Shown here: piece by piece, positions 1-10,164 of the stretch | Numbering within the stretch: position 1 is the first letter of the stretch | Layout of the letters: each line of letters begins with the position of its first letter | DNA from: a virus | Strand: one strand, 5' to 3' | Length of the DNA stretch: 64,000 nucleotides | IMG/VR virus record: IMGVR_UViG_3300028559_000026 | Span: 12,488 to 76,487 of that record | The notes under the pieces: generated by a model | Database searches by the model: none | Told to the model about the DNA's origin: nothing | The model's input: the letters and a program-made list of their open reading frames with translations, nothing else | Position numbers and translations under genes: made by a program

Positions 1-1
1 T

Positions 2-349
2 AATATCCAAATAGGATGTGTCTAATGGATCATCACAACCAAGCACCAGACGCATAATACTGATAGTGCCAGCAGAAAGTAGGATGCTACCTATCAATTT
101 CTGAGCATTACCAATTGAAGATTGCGCCATCGGTATATTGCCGCTTTTGGTGCCATCTAACATACCAGAACGTAGTGTCGAAAGGACGGTTGACAAAAAT
201 GCGCTTTTAATCATCTCCTTGTAAGGTGAAGTAATTGGGGCATCATATCCAGTCATCTTAAGGATTGTGCCAGCACCATCAGTCAAGGCTTGCTCTAAGA
301 TGATATTAGCCTTATTGATTGCTTCTTGCTCGATTTGGGTGATGTCCAT
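2..349 (-). CDS. Partial hypothetical protein, probably baseplate-associated (runs off window start)
   Basis: Hand-translated open frame from ATG at 349 (MDITQIEQEAINKANIILEQ...) directly after the stop of the upstream gene; absent from ORF track. Confidence 0.7.
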   Translation of the reverse strand, partial: MDITQIEQEAINKANIILEQALTDGAGTILKMTGYDAPITSPYKEMIKSAFLSTVLSTLRSGMLDGTKSGNIPMAQSSIGNAQKLIGSILLSAGTISIMRLVLGCDDPLDTSYLDI

Positions 350-1345
350 TTAGTCGTTCTCGTTATTAGAGGAGAGGTAGCTTCCATTCTCAAACACCCT
401 AATGGCTTGTATGGTAAGTTTAATGAGCTGGGTGACTCCGGTTAGCTGTACTGAGATAGCGGCGAAAGATGGTGCTGCCAATGTACCGCCTACTACTGGA
501 ACAGCTATTAGTCCTGATGCGGTCTTGAGCTGGGTGGCCATCGTTTCGTTTAATGTAGACAGAAACGTCAAAATATTGACCATGGTATTGTGCATGCTGG
601 ATTCTGACCGACGGTAATCACTAAACAGTGGGAACTTGTTTGTTGCTCTACCTACTTTAATGCCATTATCAGCCTTCAATTCCACAGTCTTATTTGGTTG
701 ATTGATGGCTATGGTTTGGTTGTCGGTATTGGCAGTGACAGAACCATTAGAGGAAAAAGAAAGTGTTGACTTTTTCTCAGTATTGGTGTGCTTGCCATCT
801 ATACCAGTAGGCCCCGTCCTAGACAAAGTGATCTCGCCCTTGGCATTTATGGATAAAATCACACCATTAAGTTCAGACTGGAAAACGATGTTATTGTCAA
901 GGAAATTCTGGTCGCCACTGTCCTTTTCATCTCTAAGACCACCCAGGATAATAGCTTGGTTGTGCTCACTGTTCACACAAAGCAATAAAACCTTAGAGCC
1001 CATACCCAAGCCTTCACTGTCCCTTTTGTTGTCAGCTCGTAGCTGCATAAAGCTACGATCCGCTAGGCCAGCTAATGGATTGATTAAAACGCAGTTGGAG
1101 TATTCCCTAGAGGTTCCGGTACGTGTTTCGGGATCTAGATACTGAGCTTGCACTCTATACTCTACAAACAGCTTAGACAAACTACTGGCGCTAGAAGGCA
1201 ATATCACTTCTACCACTTCACCAACCTTTAGAGTGGTATCACTAAAAGCCCCATCATTCTTAGGCGTGTGTAGCTCTAAGTAATGTGGTAGTATTGATTC
1301 TGGGGATAGGCTACCACCTGTATATGATGTAGGGCGTGATATCAT
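350..1345 (-). CDS. Baseplate spike / gpV-Gp138-like protein
   Basis: OB-fold-like N-terminus (GSKVLLLCVN...AIILGGL) then beta-strand repeats; downstream of hub and tape measure; ATG 1345 preferred to avoid overlap. Confidence 0.6.
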   Translation of the reverse strand: MISRPTSYTGGSLSPESILPHYLELHTPKNDGAFSDTTLKVGEVVEVILPSSASSLSKLFVEYRVQAQYLDPETRTGTSREYSNCVLINPLAGLADRSFMQLRADNKRDSEGLGMGSKVLLLCVNSEHNQAIILGGLRDEKDSGDQNFLDNNIVFQSELNGVILSINAKGEITLSRTGPTGIDGKHTNTEKKSTLSFSSNGSVTANTDNQTIAINQPNKTVELKADNGIKVGRATNKFPLFSDYRRSESSMHNTMVNILTFLSTLNETMATQLKTASGLIAVPVVGGTLAAPSFAAISVQLTGVTQLIKLTIQAIRVFENGSYLSSNNEND

Positions 1346-1347
1346 AA

Positions 1348-3357
1348 TTAAAAGGTTGTTATCGACGGGTCGTCGATATCCTGGGACCACTGCTTGACCG
1401 AATCAATATCATTGATTTTATCCCTAAACCCTTCATTGGTTAAACCAGGGTCCATATCTCTTTGATCTTTTTGATTGATTCCAGAGTATAGATAAGAATC
1501 ATCATCAATGCGACCTTCTTGATAAACTTCATCGGTATCAGTCCTCATTCCATGTGTAATAGTGATAGTGGTTGTAAAACTGCTAGTAGGGCGTTCAGTA
1601 TGGTATGACCTACTGCAGTTATGTGTTACTGATTCGATATGACCAATAATACCATCCCATTCTATGTTATCGCCGTGGATAATAGGTGACTGGACACCAA
1701 GCATAACGATACTGCCATTCATGGTCATGTTTTGGCCCATGAGCCAGTCGCTAGCTATTTCCATCCACTTACGTGGTCCTCGTGCAGAATCCTCCAGTGA
1801 ACATGCCACCATGGTCATATATGGTCTTAGACCGTTTCGCTGGATATCGAGATCATCCCTAATGGGTGGATTGCGGACAAGCTGATAAGTCAGGTTATTG
1901 TTCTTCTTGGGTGGTGGGGATGACTGACCATAGATATGGATAAAGTTGAATCTAGCAGCATCCGATCTGCCTAGCTGGTCCTCATATACCAATGACGGAT
2001 GTATTACCCACCTTGGTATCTCTAGGTATGGAGTCAAGACAATATTGCTCTTTTCCATATTCTTCGTGGTCACTTCAGTGGAAAATGGCATTTGACGTAC
2101 CACTACTGTGGGTACTACGTCGCCAATTTCATTTACCCTCAAAGCTGTATACATCTCATTGATGGTTGGGTTAAGCCATTGTTGAAGGACGGTCCATAAG
2201 GGTTTGTTGCTAAAATCTGGAATGGTGGGCACAAATTGGCCAAGCATTCCTTTGCCAGTCCTCTTATGAGGCTTCACATAATTACCACCTGGAACAGCCT
2301 CTATGTTCTGGGCAATGCCATCTGGAACGAATACAGACCATGGTGCCACATCCCCTGGCTGTGTACCTGCTACACCGGAAAAGCGCTGTACACCAGTCAA
2401 TAGCTCCATGATGTCGGCAAAAGCCAAAATCTCAGTCTTGGATCTGGAAGTCTTACCAAGTAACTGCCCTACTTCACTTGGTACTAGATAGGCGTATGGT
2501 GCCTCTACGCTATCGCCTTGAACACCACCAGTCACAATTCGTAGGTGTGAGTCCTGGCCTGGATTGGCATATCTTTGTGGAATACCATCGCCTAGAATCA
2601 GGTCTACAAAGAATGGGATTACTTCATTAATATCTATAGCTGCTGTGGAAGCAAAGTCATTGGATGGTGTATTGAGTAATTGTGAAATACTCTTACCTAA
2701 TTTAGCCAACCAAGATCCCATCAGCTTGTTACTCTCGGCCAAATGTGGATCATAGAAAATCATGGTATCCAATTCTTGGAAACCTACTGCGGACAAGGCG
2801 TAGTGTACTGTGGTAGTTCCACCACCTCGATCCCTCTGTCGCATTCTGCGCACATCATGGACACGACCAATAAACTTCAAACCATCATCAAACTTATTGA
2901 CTTTTTCTAAATTGCGAATTCTCTTGACAATATCCTTGCACTTATCTTGTGATTGCGTCATCCATGCCATCACCCAATCTCCTGGGAGAATCGCGGACAT
3001 ATAATTATTTTCAGAACCTAGTAGCTGTGCTGATAAAGATGATGTATGCTGTGATTTGGATGAAGTCACCATCATTTCTACGCAGTCATCAGTAATGACC
3101 AGTACTGGACCTCTAGTGTGTACACCATCAGCAGGGTTCTTAGAGATACTTACAGTGTCGCCAGGAGATGATGCCAGGAGCTTGTTTCGGTCTAGTGATA
3201 CAGGTCGTGATAGCCGAATGACCGCTATAACCCAGGACGCTGAGACACTTATCTCCTCAGCGGCAGTCTCTCTTTCCTTATTGGTCTTGGGGCGATTGAG
3301 TAGAAAGTCATCCACCAAGTGGTATCGGGGAGCAAGCGAGCCGGTACGTTCTAACAT
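1348..3357 (-). CDS. Baseplate hub / tail-associated protein
   Basis: 669 aa after tape measure; C-terminal NGSIVMLG...GHIESVTH...FTTTITITHG typical of hub proteins. Confidence 0.6.
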   Translation of the reverse strand: MLERTGSLAPRYHLVDDFLLNRPKTNKERETAAEEISVSASWVIAVIRLSRPVSLDRNKLLASSPGDTVSISKNPADGVHTRGPVLVITDDCVEMMVTSSKSQHTSSLSAQLLGSENNYMSAILPGDWVMAWMTQSQDKCKDIVKRIRNLEKVNKFDDGLKFIGRVHDVRRMRQRDRGGGTTTVHYALSAVGFQELDTMIFYDPHLAESNKLMGSWLAKLGKSISQLLNTPSNDFASTAAIDINEVIPFFVDLILGDGIPQRYANPGQDSHLRIVTGGVQGDSVEAPYAYLVPSEVGQLLGKTSRSKTEILAFADIMELLTGVQRFSGVAGTQPGDVAPWSVFVPDGIAQNIEAVPGGNYVKPHKRTGKGMLGQFVPTIPDFSNKPLWTVLQQWLNPTINEMYTALRVNEIGDVVPTVVVRQMPFSTEVTTKNMEKSNIVLTPYLEIPRWVIHPSLVYEDQLGRSDAARFNFIHIYGQSSPPPKKNNNLTYQLVRNPPIRDDLDIQRNGLRPYMTMVACSLEDSARGPRKWMEIASDWLMGQNMTMNGSIVMLGVQSPIIHGDNIEWDGIIGHIESVTHNCSRSYHTERPTSSFTTTITITHGMRTDTDEVYQEGRIDDDSYLYSGINQKDQRDMDPGLTNEGFRDKINDIDSVKQWSQDIDDPSITTF

Positions 3358-3364
3358 ATAAGCA

Positions 3365-3369
3365 AGATT
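3365..3369 (-). promoter_or_regulatory. AATCT late-promoter-like motif
   Basis: AATCT-N7-ATG(3357). Confidence 0.65.
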
Positions 3370-3372
3370 GGA

Positions 3373-3621
3373 GTGTGTTTGATGAAATTTACATACGGCG
3401 GCATTAGTATTGATGACGATACATGGGCTAGTGCATCACCATTTCCATGCGATAACCAGGATGGGTCTTATATTAAAGTGGAGTTTAATGGATCACCTCC
3501 TGTATGTCTAACTGAGAAATTCTTGATTCACGCTCTGGGATTACTCAAATTTGATGCCAACTACAAGAAATACACAGAATGTGTAGATCGTATCAATAAG
3601 TCTATGGAGTTATCTAAGTAA
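3373..3621 (+). CDS. Hypothetical protein
   Basis: 82 aa ORF, stop overlaps next start (TAATG). Confidence 0.6.
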   Translation: MCLMKFTYGGISIDDDTWASASPFPCDNQDGSYIKVEFNGSPPVCLTEKFLIHALGLLKFDANYKKYTECVDRINKSMELSK

Positions 3622-3815
3622 TGCTCTCTTATAGAGATACTAGACAAGCAATCCTTTGTCGTCTTAATTTCGATAGGGCACAAGGTGTCAGTGAGAAGGA
3701 TTTGCAAGCACTTACTGGTCTAAACGCACAAGAGGTAGATACAGTACTGTCGGACCTGGAAAACGAAGGTGTTATCCGATGGTCCAGACTTATCAAAGAA
3801 TGGATTATCGTTTAG
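3621..3815 (+). CDS. Small winged helix-turn-helix protein
   Basis: GVSEKDLQALTGLNAQEVDTVLSDLENEGVIRW wHTH pattern. Confidence 0.6.
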   Translation: MLSYRDTRQAILCRLNFDRAQGVSEKDLQALTGLNAQEVDTVLSDLENEGVIRWSRLIKEWIIV

Positions 3816-6405
3816 GTGTGGCTTGGCGACTGGAAGGCAGACCTCTGATACGACGCTCTGCAGTTTGGATAGCGTCGGTTAGACCGTTAAGTGCCGCTGC
3901 TACTTGGTCTGCTGCCATACCAACCGATTGACCTACTCGGTTCAGGCTTTCCATGCTTTGCCTACGCTCTGAGATCATACCCTGGATATGGCCAGTACTT
4001 TGCTCGATCCACTTCTCATTGTCACCTTCAAATTCCGATGTCTTAGCTAACTGCTTAAGCTGATCGGAGCCTTGTGCTGGGTCGCCTACACCACGTCCAG
4101 AAACTCTCTTGCCATTAACATAGCTGCCATTGGTGCCTAGACCACCCTGGATACGAGCTAGTGACTGACCAGCCATATCAGAGTTTGCCCAGCCGATATC
4201 TTGGTAAAACGCCCCCTGATTAACAAAGGCACGATCCTGGAATGCTTTGGCGTCTTTACCTGATAAACCTAAGCGCTGTGGTGCATCTTGTAGGAACTTC
4301 TTGAAGTTGCCACCATATTGCTCAGTAACTATCTTGGCTTGTTTTTGGACATCGTTTAGGCCAGCTTGTTCTGGACTGGCTCCAATATTGCGATCATACG
4401 CTCTAGCAAAAGTCTTCTTGGCGAACTGCTCTACTGATTCAGAAGTAATACCTCTAGCTTTCAATTCTGCTGGTACACGACCTGTGGCTAGTACTTCGGC
4501 AATGGTGGCCGGATCTAGTGTAGCTAGATACTCTTGGGACATTACACTACCACCGGGTAGAGCCTGGATAGCATTGAGTAGGTTGGAACCTGACTGGTAA
4601 GCGTCGATCTTACCACCAGTCACATTGCCCATCGCACCCAAGCCTTGCGGCATGAAGTTCTGTAGGAGCATGTCCTGGGCACCATTCGCACCACGACCAT
4701 ACTGATACATGGCACCAAGCATGCCCTGACCGGACGTGATCGGATTGCCACCCATAAGGGCACCAGAAAGCGTCCCAGCCATTCTGGAAGCTGCCCCCCT
4801 ATCCATGCCCCCATTGCCACCAATCGCGCCTGTAAACTGATCCCAGAGTCCTGGGTTGCCTACTAGGGCTGCAGTGCCCGCCATCAGTCCGGCGTTAGGT
4901 AGATGGCCACCGAGGTTTCCATAAATGGCTCGATGCCGGTATTGTTGCCCAGCTTGATAGCCCGCTACACCAGCAACAGCATGTTGCCCACCAATAACCT
5001 CTTCAGGGCTGATTGCATTGTTTTGGTAGCTACGCATAATACGACTTGCATAGTTACGCTTTTCAATTGGATCGCCACCCATAATGCTTGACAACCCCTG
5101 CATAATGGGATTGCCAGAAGTGGACCAGTTTTCTCTAAAGACCTTGGTACCTGCACCAAGACCACGCATATGACTAATAACACTGCCAGCATTCTCTTGG
5201 AAGTGACGGACACCAGCGAATTCAAGTGGATTGGCTTGCTCCATTTGCTGTGCGTACTGCAACATAGAACCAGCTTGCTCTACAGGGATATTGTCTTTGG
5301 TTCTTACAGCTTCATTGACTGCACCAAACGGGTCTAGGCCAAATACACCACGCTTAACTGCCCTACCCATAATGTCCCACATACGGGAGTTAGAACGGTT
5401 AAACTCAAAACCGCCATTTCGATTGGTGGTGCCACCACTTGGAGCCCAAGCACCAAAACCGTGGCCATACATCGCCCTGGAACCTTCGCCAAGTCTGCCA
5501 AAGTCCTCGGTAAAGTACTGGTTAGACCTCATCACCCCCATTGCATGCAGCAGTGTTAGATCGCCACCCCTGATGCCCATGGCTGCATTACCATAAGCAC
5601 CGCCCTGCTTTACAGATCGAGCTATGAAGTCATGCGGGGACGCTTGTGCTTCTGCCTGGGTGGATCGAAGAGTGTTGACGATGGTTTTACCTACAATGTA
5701 CCCAAAGACTGCTGCACCGCCAGCCTTCATCATTCCGTCAGATACACCGAGGCGGTTGACAATATCACGTACTCCACCGCCACCAGAACCAGGGGCACCA
5801 GCCATTGCCCCGCCACCAGCACCAGCTCCTCTACCACCACCATAGCCGTTAAGCTGTGCATATCTCTGTTGCAGCATCCCCTCACGGGATTGTGCAGAAC
5901 CTAGTTCCTCGAATTTGTCAAGCATTTTCCCGCGTACTTCTTCGGGATTGCCGACATACAAACGCCCCGCACCCTTATATTTCTCCATATGTGCGTATTC
6001 GCGGTTAAGGTCTTCGATATCCTTCTTTAACCTACGTATGTCCTGCTGCTGTTTGCCTACCTCATCCTTTAGAGCACCCGACATTACACGTAGCGCATCC
6101 TTGGACGAAGAAGCTATGGTCTGAAATAACTGCTTGTTTTCCAGGATCTGTTTTGTTAGCATTCCACCAGCACCAGCCATGGAGCCGCTTTTGATGGCTT
6201 CATTAGCTGGGTTGAACTTGGTTGCTGACTGACCACTCATCTGGGCACCAGCACGACCATTGGTGCCACCCAACACACGATTCAGGTCTTGTGTGGTTTT
6301 CTGTGCTTCTCTGGCTAGTTCACGTAGCAGGTTCACACCCTTACGGACGCTAGCTTCATCCATGCCGAGTGTAAATTTTAGTTCCTTGTCTTGCGGTGTA
6401 CCCAT
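3805..6405 (-). CDS. Tail tape measure protein
   Basis: 866 aa Gly/Ala/Met-rich helical protein with coiled-coil N-terminus, between chaperones and hub. Confidence 0.75.
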   Translation of the reverse strand: MGTPQDKELKFTLGMDEASVRKGVNLLRELAREAQKTTQDLNRVLGGTNGRAGAQMSGQSATKFNPANEAIKSGSMAGAGGMLTKQILENKQLFQTIASSSKDALRVMSGALKDEVGKQQQDIRRLKKDIEDLNREYAHMEKYKGAGRLYVGNPEEVRGKMLDKFEELGSAQSREGMLQQRYAQLNGYGGGRGAGAGGGAMAGAPGSGGGGVRDIVNRLGVSDGMMKAGGAAVFGYIVGKTIVNTLRSTQAEAQASPHDFIARSVKQGGAYGNAAMGIRGGDLTLLHAMGVMRSNQYFTEDFGRLGEGSRAMYGHGFGAWAPSGGTTNRNGGFEFNRSNSRMWDIMGRAVKRGVFGLDPFGAVNEAVRTKDNIPVEQAGSMLQYAQQMEQANPLEFAGVRHFQENAGSVISHMRGLGAGTKVFRENWSTSGNPIMQGLSSIMGGDPIEKRNYASRIMRSYQNNAISPEEVIGGQHAVAGVAGYQAGQQYRHRAIYGNLGGHLPNAGLMAGTAALVGNPGLWDQFTGAIGGNGGMDRGAASRMAGTLSGALMGGNPITSGQGMLGAMYQYGRGANGAQDMLLQNFMPQGLGAMGNVTGGKIDAYQSGSNLLNAIQALPGGSVMSQEYLATLDPATIAEVLATGRVPAELKARGITSESVEQFAKKTFARAYDRNIGASPEQAGLNDVQKQAKIVTEQYGGNFKKFLQDAPQRLGLSGKDAKAFQDRAFVNQGAFYQDIGWANSDMAGQSLARIQGGLGTNGSYVNGKRVSGRGVGDPAQGSDQLKQLAKTSEFEGDNEKWIEQSTGHIQGMISERRQSMESLNRVGQSVGMAADQVAAALNGLTDAIQTAERRIRGLPSSRQATPKR

Positions 6406-6412
6406 AAATGGA

Positions 6413-6417
6413 AGATT
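6413..6417 (-). promoter_or_regulatory. AATCT late-promoter-like motif
   Basis: AATCT-N7-ATG(6405). Confidence 0.65.
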
Positions 6418-6419
6418 GC

Positions 6420-6447
6420 TTGACAGGCGCTATGAATTTGATACTAT
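6420..6447 (+). promoter_or_regulatory. Sigma70-type early promoter
   Basis: TTGACA (6420-6425), TGnTACTAT extended -10 (6439-6447), SD GGAGAGGAG before ATG 6469. Confidence 0.55.
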
Positions 6448-6468
6448 AAGTGGAGAGGAGTTGTAAAC

Positions 6469-6975
6469 ATGGAAAATGAACGATGGGAGCGGGACTTTGA
6501 AATTACTCTACGCTTTCTTCTAAACACCCAGAAGGATGGTGTTTGGATGATGGTGAATTACCAGACTGGTGAGTTTGAGAGGGCTGATGAATGGCTAGCT
6601 AAGAATGGCAAGACTAGCATGAACATTGACCTGCCCAGTATGTTTTCAGGGGCGGTTGGTGCGCGTGGGTTTTCGCTAAGCGACGACCAGAAACAAGAAT
6701 ACCGAAATAAGTATCACAATGTACGCTTGTGTGAGGTTATGGAGTTTGATGGCCTCAAGATTCTAGCGCCCAGGAATGAGCACAAGCTCATCACACTTTT
6801 TTTGACGAAGTGGAGTGGTGAGGAGTGGCTATACAAAGATGATTTTATTGAGGAAGTACAAAAATGGCCACAGCAGGCCTTTGTGCCCGTCCGTATTGAC
6901 CTAGTACCAAATACAGGTATGCCAGTTATGGATGCCATGAAGAAGTTGTTTTTTGCAACCATTATGGAGGAATAG
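6469..6975 (+). CDS. Hypothetical early protein
   Basis: 168 aa ORF with strong SD. Confidence 0.75.
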   Translation: MENERWERDFEITLRFLLNTQKDGVWMMVNYQTGEFERADEWLAKNGKTSMNIDLPSMFSGAVGARGFSLSDDQKQEYRNKYHNVRLCEVMEFDGLKILAPRNEHKLITLFLTKWSGEEWLYKDDFIEEVQKWPQQAFVPVRIDLVPNTGMPVMDAMKKLFFATIMEE

Positions 6976-7222
6976 ATGAAAGTATATGTACTGATTGAGG
7001 TAGATGTGGATGAAAACCACAAAGGCCGCTAACGGTAGGGATTATTTTCGGGACGGTGTTGAGGTTCTAAACGGAATCGCAGTGTCAGTTTCCAAGAAAG
7101 AGATGATTCTTAAGCATTTTCGTGAATGGAAATCCAAGTTTTTTGGTGAATGGCCGTCCCGTATTGTAGACACCACCTTTACTTCTCCGCCACGAGAAAT
7201 ACTCCTTCCACATTCTTACTAG
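6976..7222 (+). pseudogene. Small hypothetical gene, apparently frameshifted
   Basis: ATG 6976 with GGAGG gives MKVYVLIEVDVDENHKGR*; the longer coding-like frame (7004-7222) is offset. Confidence 0.35.
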
Positions 7223-7230
7223 GGAACCAA

Positions 7231-7917
7231 ATGAGCGAACCAGCTATGGAAAAAGAGATGTTAAGTAAATCTATTCAAGAGGTTATCTGCAAGGAGGATG
7301 CTTCGGCATGTGTCCTGTTGGGGCGACTGTGCCTACAATTTGGCCAAGTTAATCGTATCACCAAACATCCAGATGGTGAGCTAGAGAGCGATACCGACCA
7401 CACTTTCATGCTAACCACGCTGGCGTGTTCCTTCGCGTCTAAGTACCGTCCAGACCTGGACATTGGCCTGATTGCGCAGTATGCGACTGTACATGATTTT
7501 GTGGAAGTGTATGCAGGCGATACTGATACGCTGTCCTCATTTGATGCAAATCAGAAGCATGACAATGAGGAACAAGCACTACGCAAGCTAAAGTCGGGCT
7601 TCGATCATTCTTTGCCATGGGTTAGTAAGACTATTGAGGCATACAATCGACTAGATACACCAGAAGCGCGTTTTGTCAAGTTTATGGATAAGATTTTGCC
7701 CAAAATCACGCATTTGCTTAACGGCGGTGGTGTTATTTGGGAACATGGCATGTCGATCGACAGCATTAATAAACGAAATCAACAACAGCTTGCCACGATC
7801 TGTGCTACGTATGGTAAGGATTTTCCAGAAGTCAAAGAATTGTTTGAGAAGACGCACGGACTACTCATGGCTTTTCTAACTACCCACCAGGGTCATCCTC
7901 AAATTCCATCTGGATAA
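7231..7917 (+). CDS. HD-domain phosphohydrolase (YfbR/5'-deoxynucleotidase-like)
   Basis: ESDTDHTF, ATVHDFVEVYAGD, FVKFMDK motifs; ATG 7231 preferred. Confidence 0.85.
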   Translation: MSEPAMEKEMLSKSIQEVICKEDASACVLLGRLCLQFGQVNRITKHPDGELESDTDHTFMLTTLACSFASKYRPDLDIGLIAQYATVHDFVEVYAGDTDTLSSFDANQKHDNEEQALRKLKSGFDHSLPWVSKTIEAYNRLDTPEARFVKFMDKILPKITHLLNGGGVIWEHGMSIDSINKRNQQQLATICATYGKDFPEVKELFEKTHGLLMAFLTTHQGHPQIPSG

Positions 7918-8440
7918 CTGGCGGTAATTGCTCCATATCTGCCAGTTTCTGTTCTCCCCCCAAAGCATTTTTCATCTTATTGATCTTACCTGCTAAATTC
8001 AGGAGTTTTTGCTCCTGCTCTGCAGCGGCCTGGATTCCTGATGCCGGGTCTGATCTAAATGCTTTACCCTTCCACAATGCTTGCTGTTCTTGCTCGACCA
8101 TGCGCTGTAGCTTATCCCCCTTGTGCTTGTCATCCTCATCCTTAGCCACTCTGACTTTGCGCTCTGCTTCAGTTTCGGACAGGATGTCCCTTTCTCTTGT
8201 CAAGAAGGGTCTTTGGTCCTGGTCCTTTTCATCGGGTTCTAGGTCTTCAAGTTCCTCATACTTGGCTTCAAAGTAGTTTTGAAGCACATCGTCTAGGGGT
8301 AGTGCGGATACTTCGTGTAGTGGTGTGCAAAAGTGTGTGCTATACCACCTAAAGATTCTTCTCAGCTCATATCCTGGATCGGAACCAGGAAACATGACAC
8401 TGCTGAGCGCATTGATCCTATGAGCTGAGAAGATATCCAT
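7880..8440 (-). CDS. Tail assembly chaperone 2 (putative)
   Basis: RRIFRWYSTHF.TP pattern; lies upstream of tape measure on same strand. Confidence 0.55.
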   Translation of the reverse strand: MDIFSAHRINALSSVMFPGSDPGYELRRIFRWYSTHFCTPLHEVSALPLDDVLQNYFEAKYEELEDLEPDEKDQDQRPFLTRERDILSETEAERKVRVAKDEDDKHKGDKLQRMVEQEQQALWKGKAFRSDPASGIQAAAEQEQKLLNLAGKINKMKNALGGEQKLADMEQLPPVIQMEFEDDPGG

Positions 8441-8442
8441 GG

Positions 8443-8868
8443 TTATGATGCCTGATCTTGTTCCTCATCCTTATGCTTTGCGTCACGTAGCTTGGCTTGG
8501 TTGGCTAGTGCTTTCTTGGCCACTGCATCAATCAAGTCCTGTTCTGGCTTGATAGCTTCGGGGTAGACCGCCTGGATAAAGGCTACGGACGGCTTGGGAC
8601 CGCTCATCAGGCTTGTCCACAGGGGCGGGGAGGACACGATACGGGTGTTGATGGCTGCCAGCATGAAAGCCACCGCATAGGTGTTCTCGCTGGCGTTCTT
8701 GGGGTCGCCAGACAGGTACTCTCTGAGTAGCTTGTCTTGGCGGAACACATCTTCTGCACTGAGCTTGATCTTGAAAGTAAACTCTGCAGACAGCGTGTCG
8801 CCGTAAAGGTCTGTAATGCTTATCGTTACCGGTTTTGATTCATTTAGGAAGCTATTTGGAAAGCCCAT
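8443..8868 (-). CDS. Tail assembly chaperone 1 (putative)
   Basis: 141 aa with EFTFK...RIVSSPPLW pattern; between tube and tape measure; SD AAAGGTGA. Confidence 0.55.
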   Translation of the reverse strand: MGFPNSFLNESKPVTISITDLYGDTLSAEFTFKIKLSAEDVFRQDKLLREYLSGDPKNASENTYAVAFMLAAINTRIVSSPPLWTSLMSGPKPSVAFIQAVYPEAIKPEQDLIDAVAKKALANQAKLRDAKHKDEEQDQAS

Positions 8869-8953
8869 GCGTCACCTTTCTTGTTGCGTCTCAAAATATT
8901 TAATGCTATATAGTAATAGTTACTGTTCCTCAAACCACTCAAGGAGATTGTCT

Positions 8954-9478
8954 ATGAAGAAGCTGTCGATCCAAACGTATTTTAGTCGTGCATGCACCGA
9001 GTTTGCCGTGTCTCTGCTAGATAGCGCTCACAAGATTGTATCTGGACCTATTCCTGGTGTGATTGCAAGTGACATCGCTTTTGTCAATGGCAAAGCCATC
9101 AATGTTTTTGGCAAGATTACCGAGCTTGCCCAGAAGCAGGCAGAGCTGTACGCTAAAGACGACATCGAGAGCGATGCTAAGCGTGCTGCACTACAAGGTG
9201 TGGCCGCTCCGGTCGCTAAGCCCGTCCCGCGCCTTGTCCAGCCTCGCAAGATGAATGGTGTATCGTCCCGTAACGTATTAGCGCTTTGTCTTGGTGTCTC
9301 GAATGAGGAGATTCCAGAGAAGATTGTCAATCTTATCAATGATTTGAATGCAGCCAGTACTATGAATGATGATGTATATCTGAAGATTATCCAGCTCGGC
9401 AACGCCCTAGTGAATGACGGCACCATTGGTCGTAAGCCTGGCAAGCCTCGCAAGGCTGTAGCTACTCCTGCAGTTTAA
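8954..9478 (+). CDS. Hypothetical protein
   Basis: AAGGAG SD before ATG 8954; possible TTGCGT-N17-TATATA promoter at 8884-8912. Confidence 0.75.
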   Translation: MKKLSIQTYFSRACTEFAVSLLDSAHKIVSGPIPGVIASDIAFVNGKAINVFGKITELAQKQAELYAKDDIESDAKRAALQGVAAPVAKPVPRLVQPRKMNGVSSRNVLALCLGVSNEEIPEKIVNLINDLNAASTMNDDVYLKIIQLGNALVNDGTIGRKPGKPRKAVATPAV

Positions 9479-9494
9479 CTGTCAAAGGACAACC

Positions 9495-9914
9495 ATGACT
9501 AAAAATCAAAAAATCCGTAGTATTGTAGAGCGATTGCTTGTACTTGCTAGTAACCCTAAGATGCTACGTCTAACCCTTAGAAGTAGTGTTCCGCAGGACC
9601 GATTTGCGGTAATTGTCAAGACACTTCGATGGATGCCACGTAGTGTACGCAAAACACAGCAGCTTAATAGCTGGTCGGATATTGACAGCCTTCTGAGTGC
9701 TCGTGAAGTGTTGGCAATGTTGATGGGGACGTGTGATTGTGAACTACCTATCAGTGTCCTGAAGTCTTTGGGCGACCTGTCCATGGTCAAAGCTAGTGGC
9801 GTTCCTGATGCGCTCAAGCGGCTAGCGGAAGTACTCGCCAACATGGATAAGCAGGAGCAGCACTATCGTGTAGAAGCTGGTCCAGACGGTCTTCTCTTCT
9901 TTCCTATTCGCTAA
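9495..9914 (+). CDS. Hypothetical protein, weak paralog of upstream gene
   Basis: AAGGA SD; shares S.R.VLA..G....E.P motif with 8954-9478. Confidence 0.75.
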   Translation: MTKNQKIRSIVERLLVLASNPKMLRLTLRSSVPQDRFAVIVKTLRWMPRSVRKTQQLNSWSDIDSLLSAREVLAMLMGTCDCELPISVLKSLGDLSMVKASGVPDALKRLAEVLANMDKQEQHYRVEAGPDGLLFFPIR

Positions 9915-10164
9915 ATCCTCGTATTTCCTGCCTTTACACTTCGCAGTGAAGTCTGGTATATTCTTTTCATAGGAGATCATCCCAATGAAAACCAGACCCA
10001 ATCAAGCTATCCGAAACACTGTTACTCAGATTATCCGCCGGGATGGGTGCTAGAGGCTGGACGATCTGCAGTGGTGGCAGATGATAAGAAGAAAGCGCAG
10101 CGTCGGGAAATTGTTAATAAACAACGGCGGGCACGCACCAGCGCCATGCAATCTCTTGGTATAG

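Noticed and set aside
402-6466. Many antisense ORFs over baseplate and tape measure genes (and similar ones across the window)
   Set aside because: Ser/Pro-rich antisense shadows of long coding regions
7880-8868. Programmed -1 frameshift joining the two tail chaperones
   Set aside because: The frames are -1 compatible, but the -1 frame has stops up to ~20 nt before the junction and no slippery heptamer follows; the second gene has its own ATG
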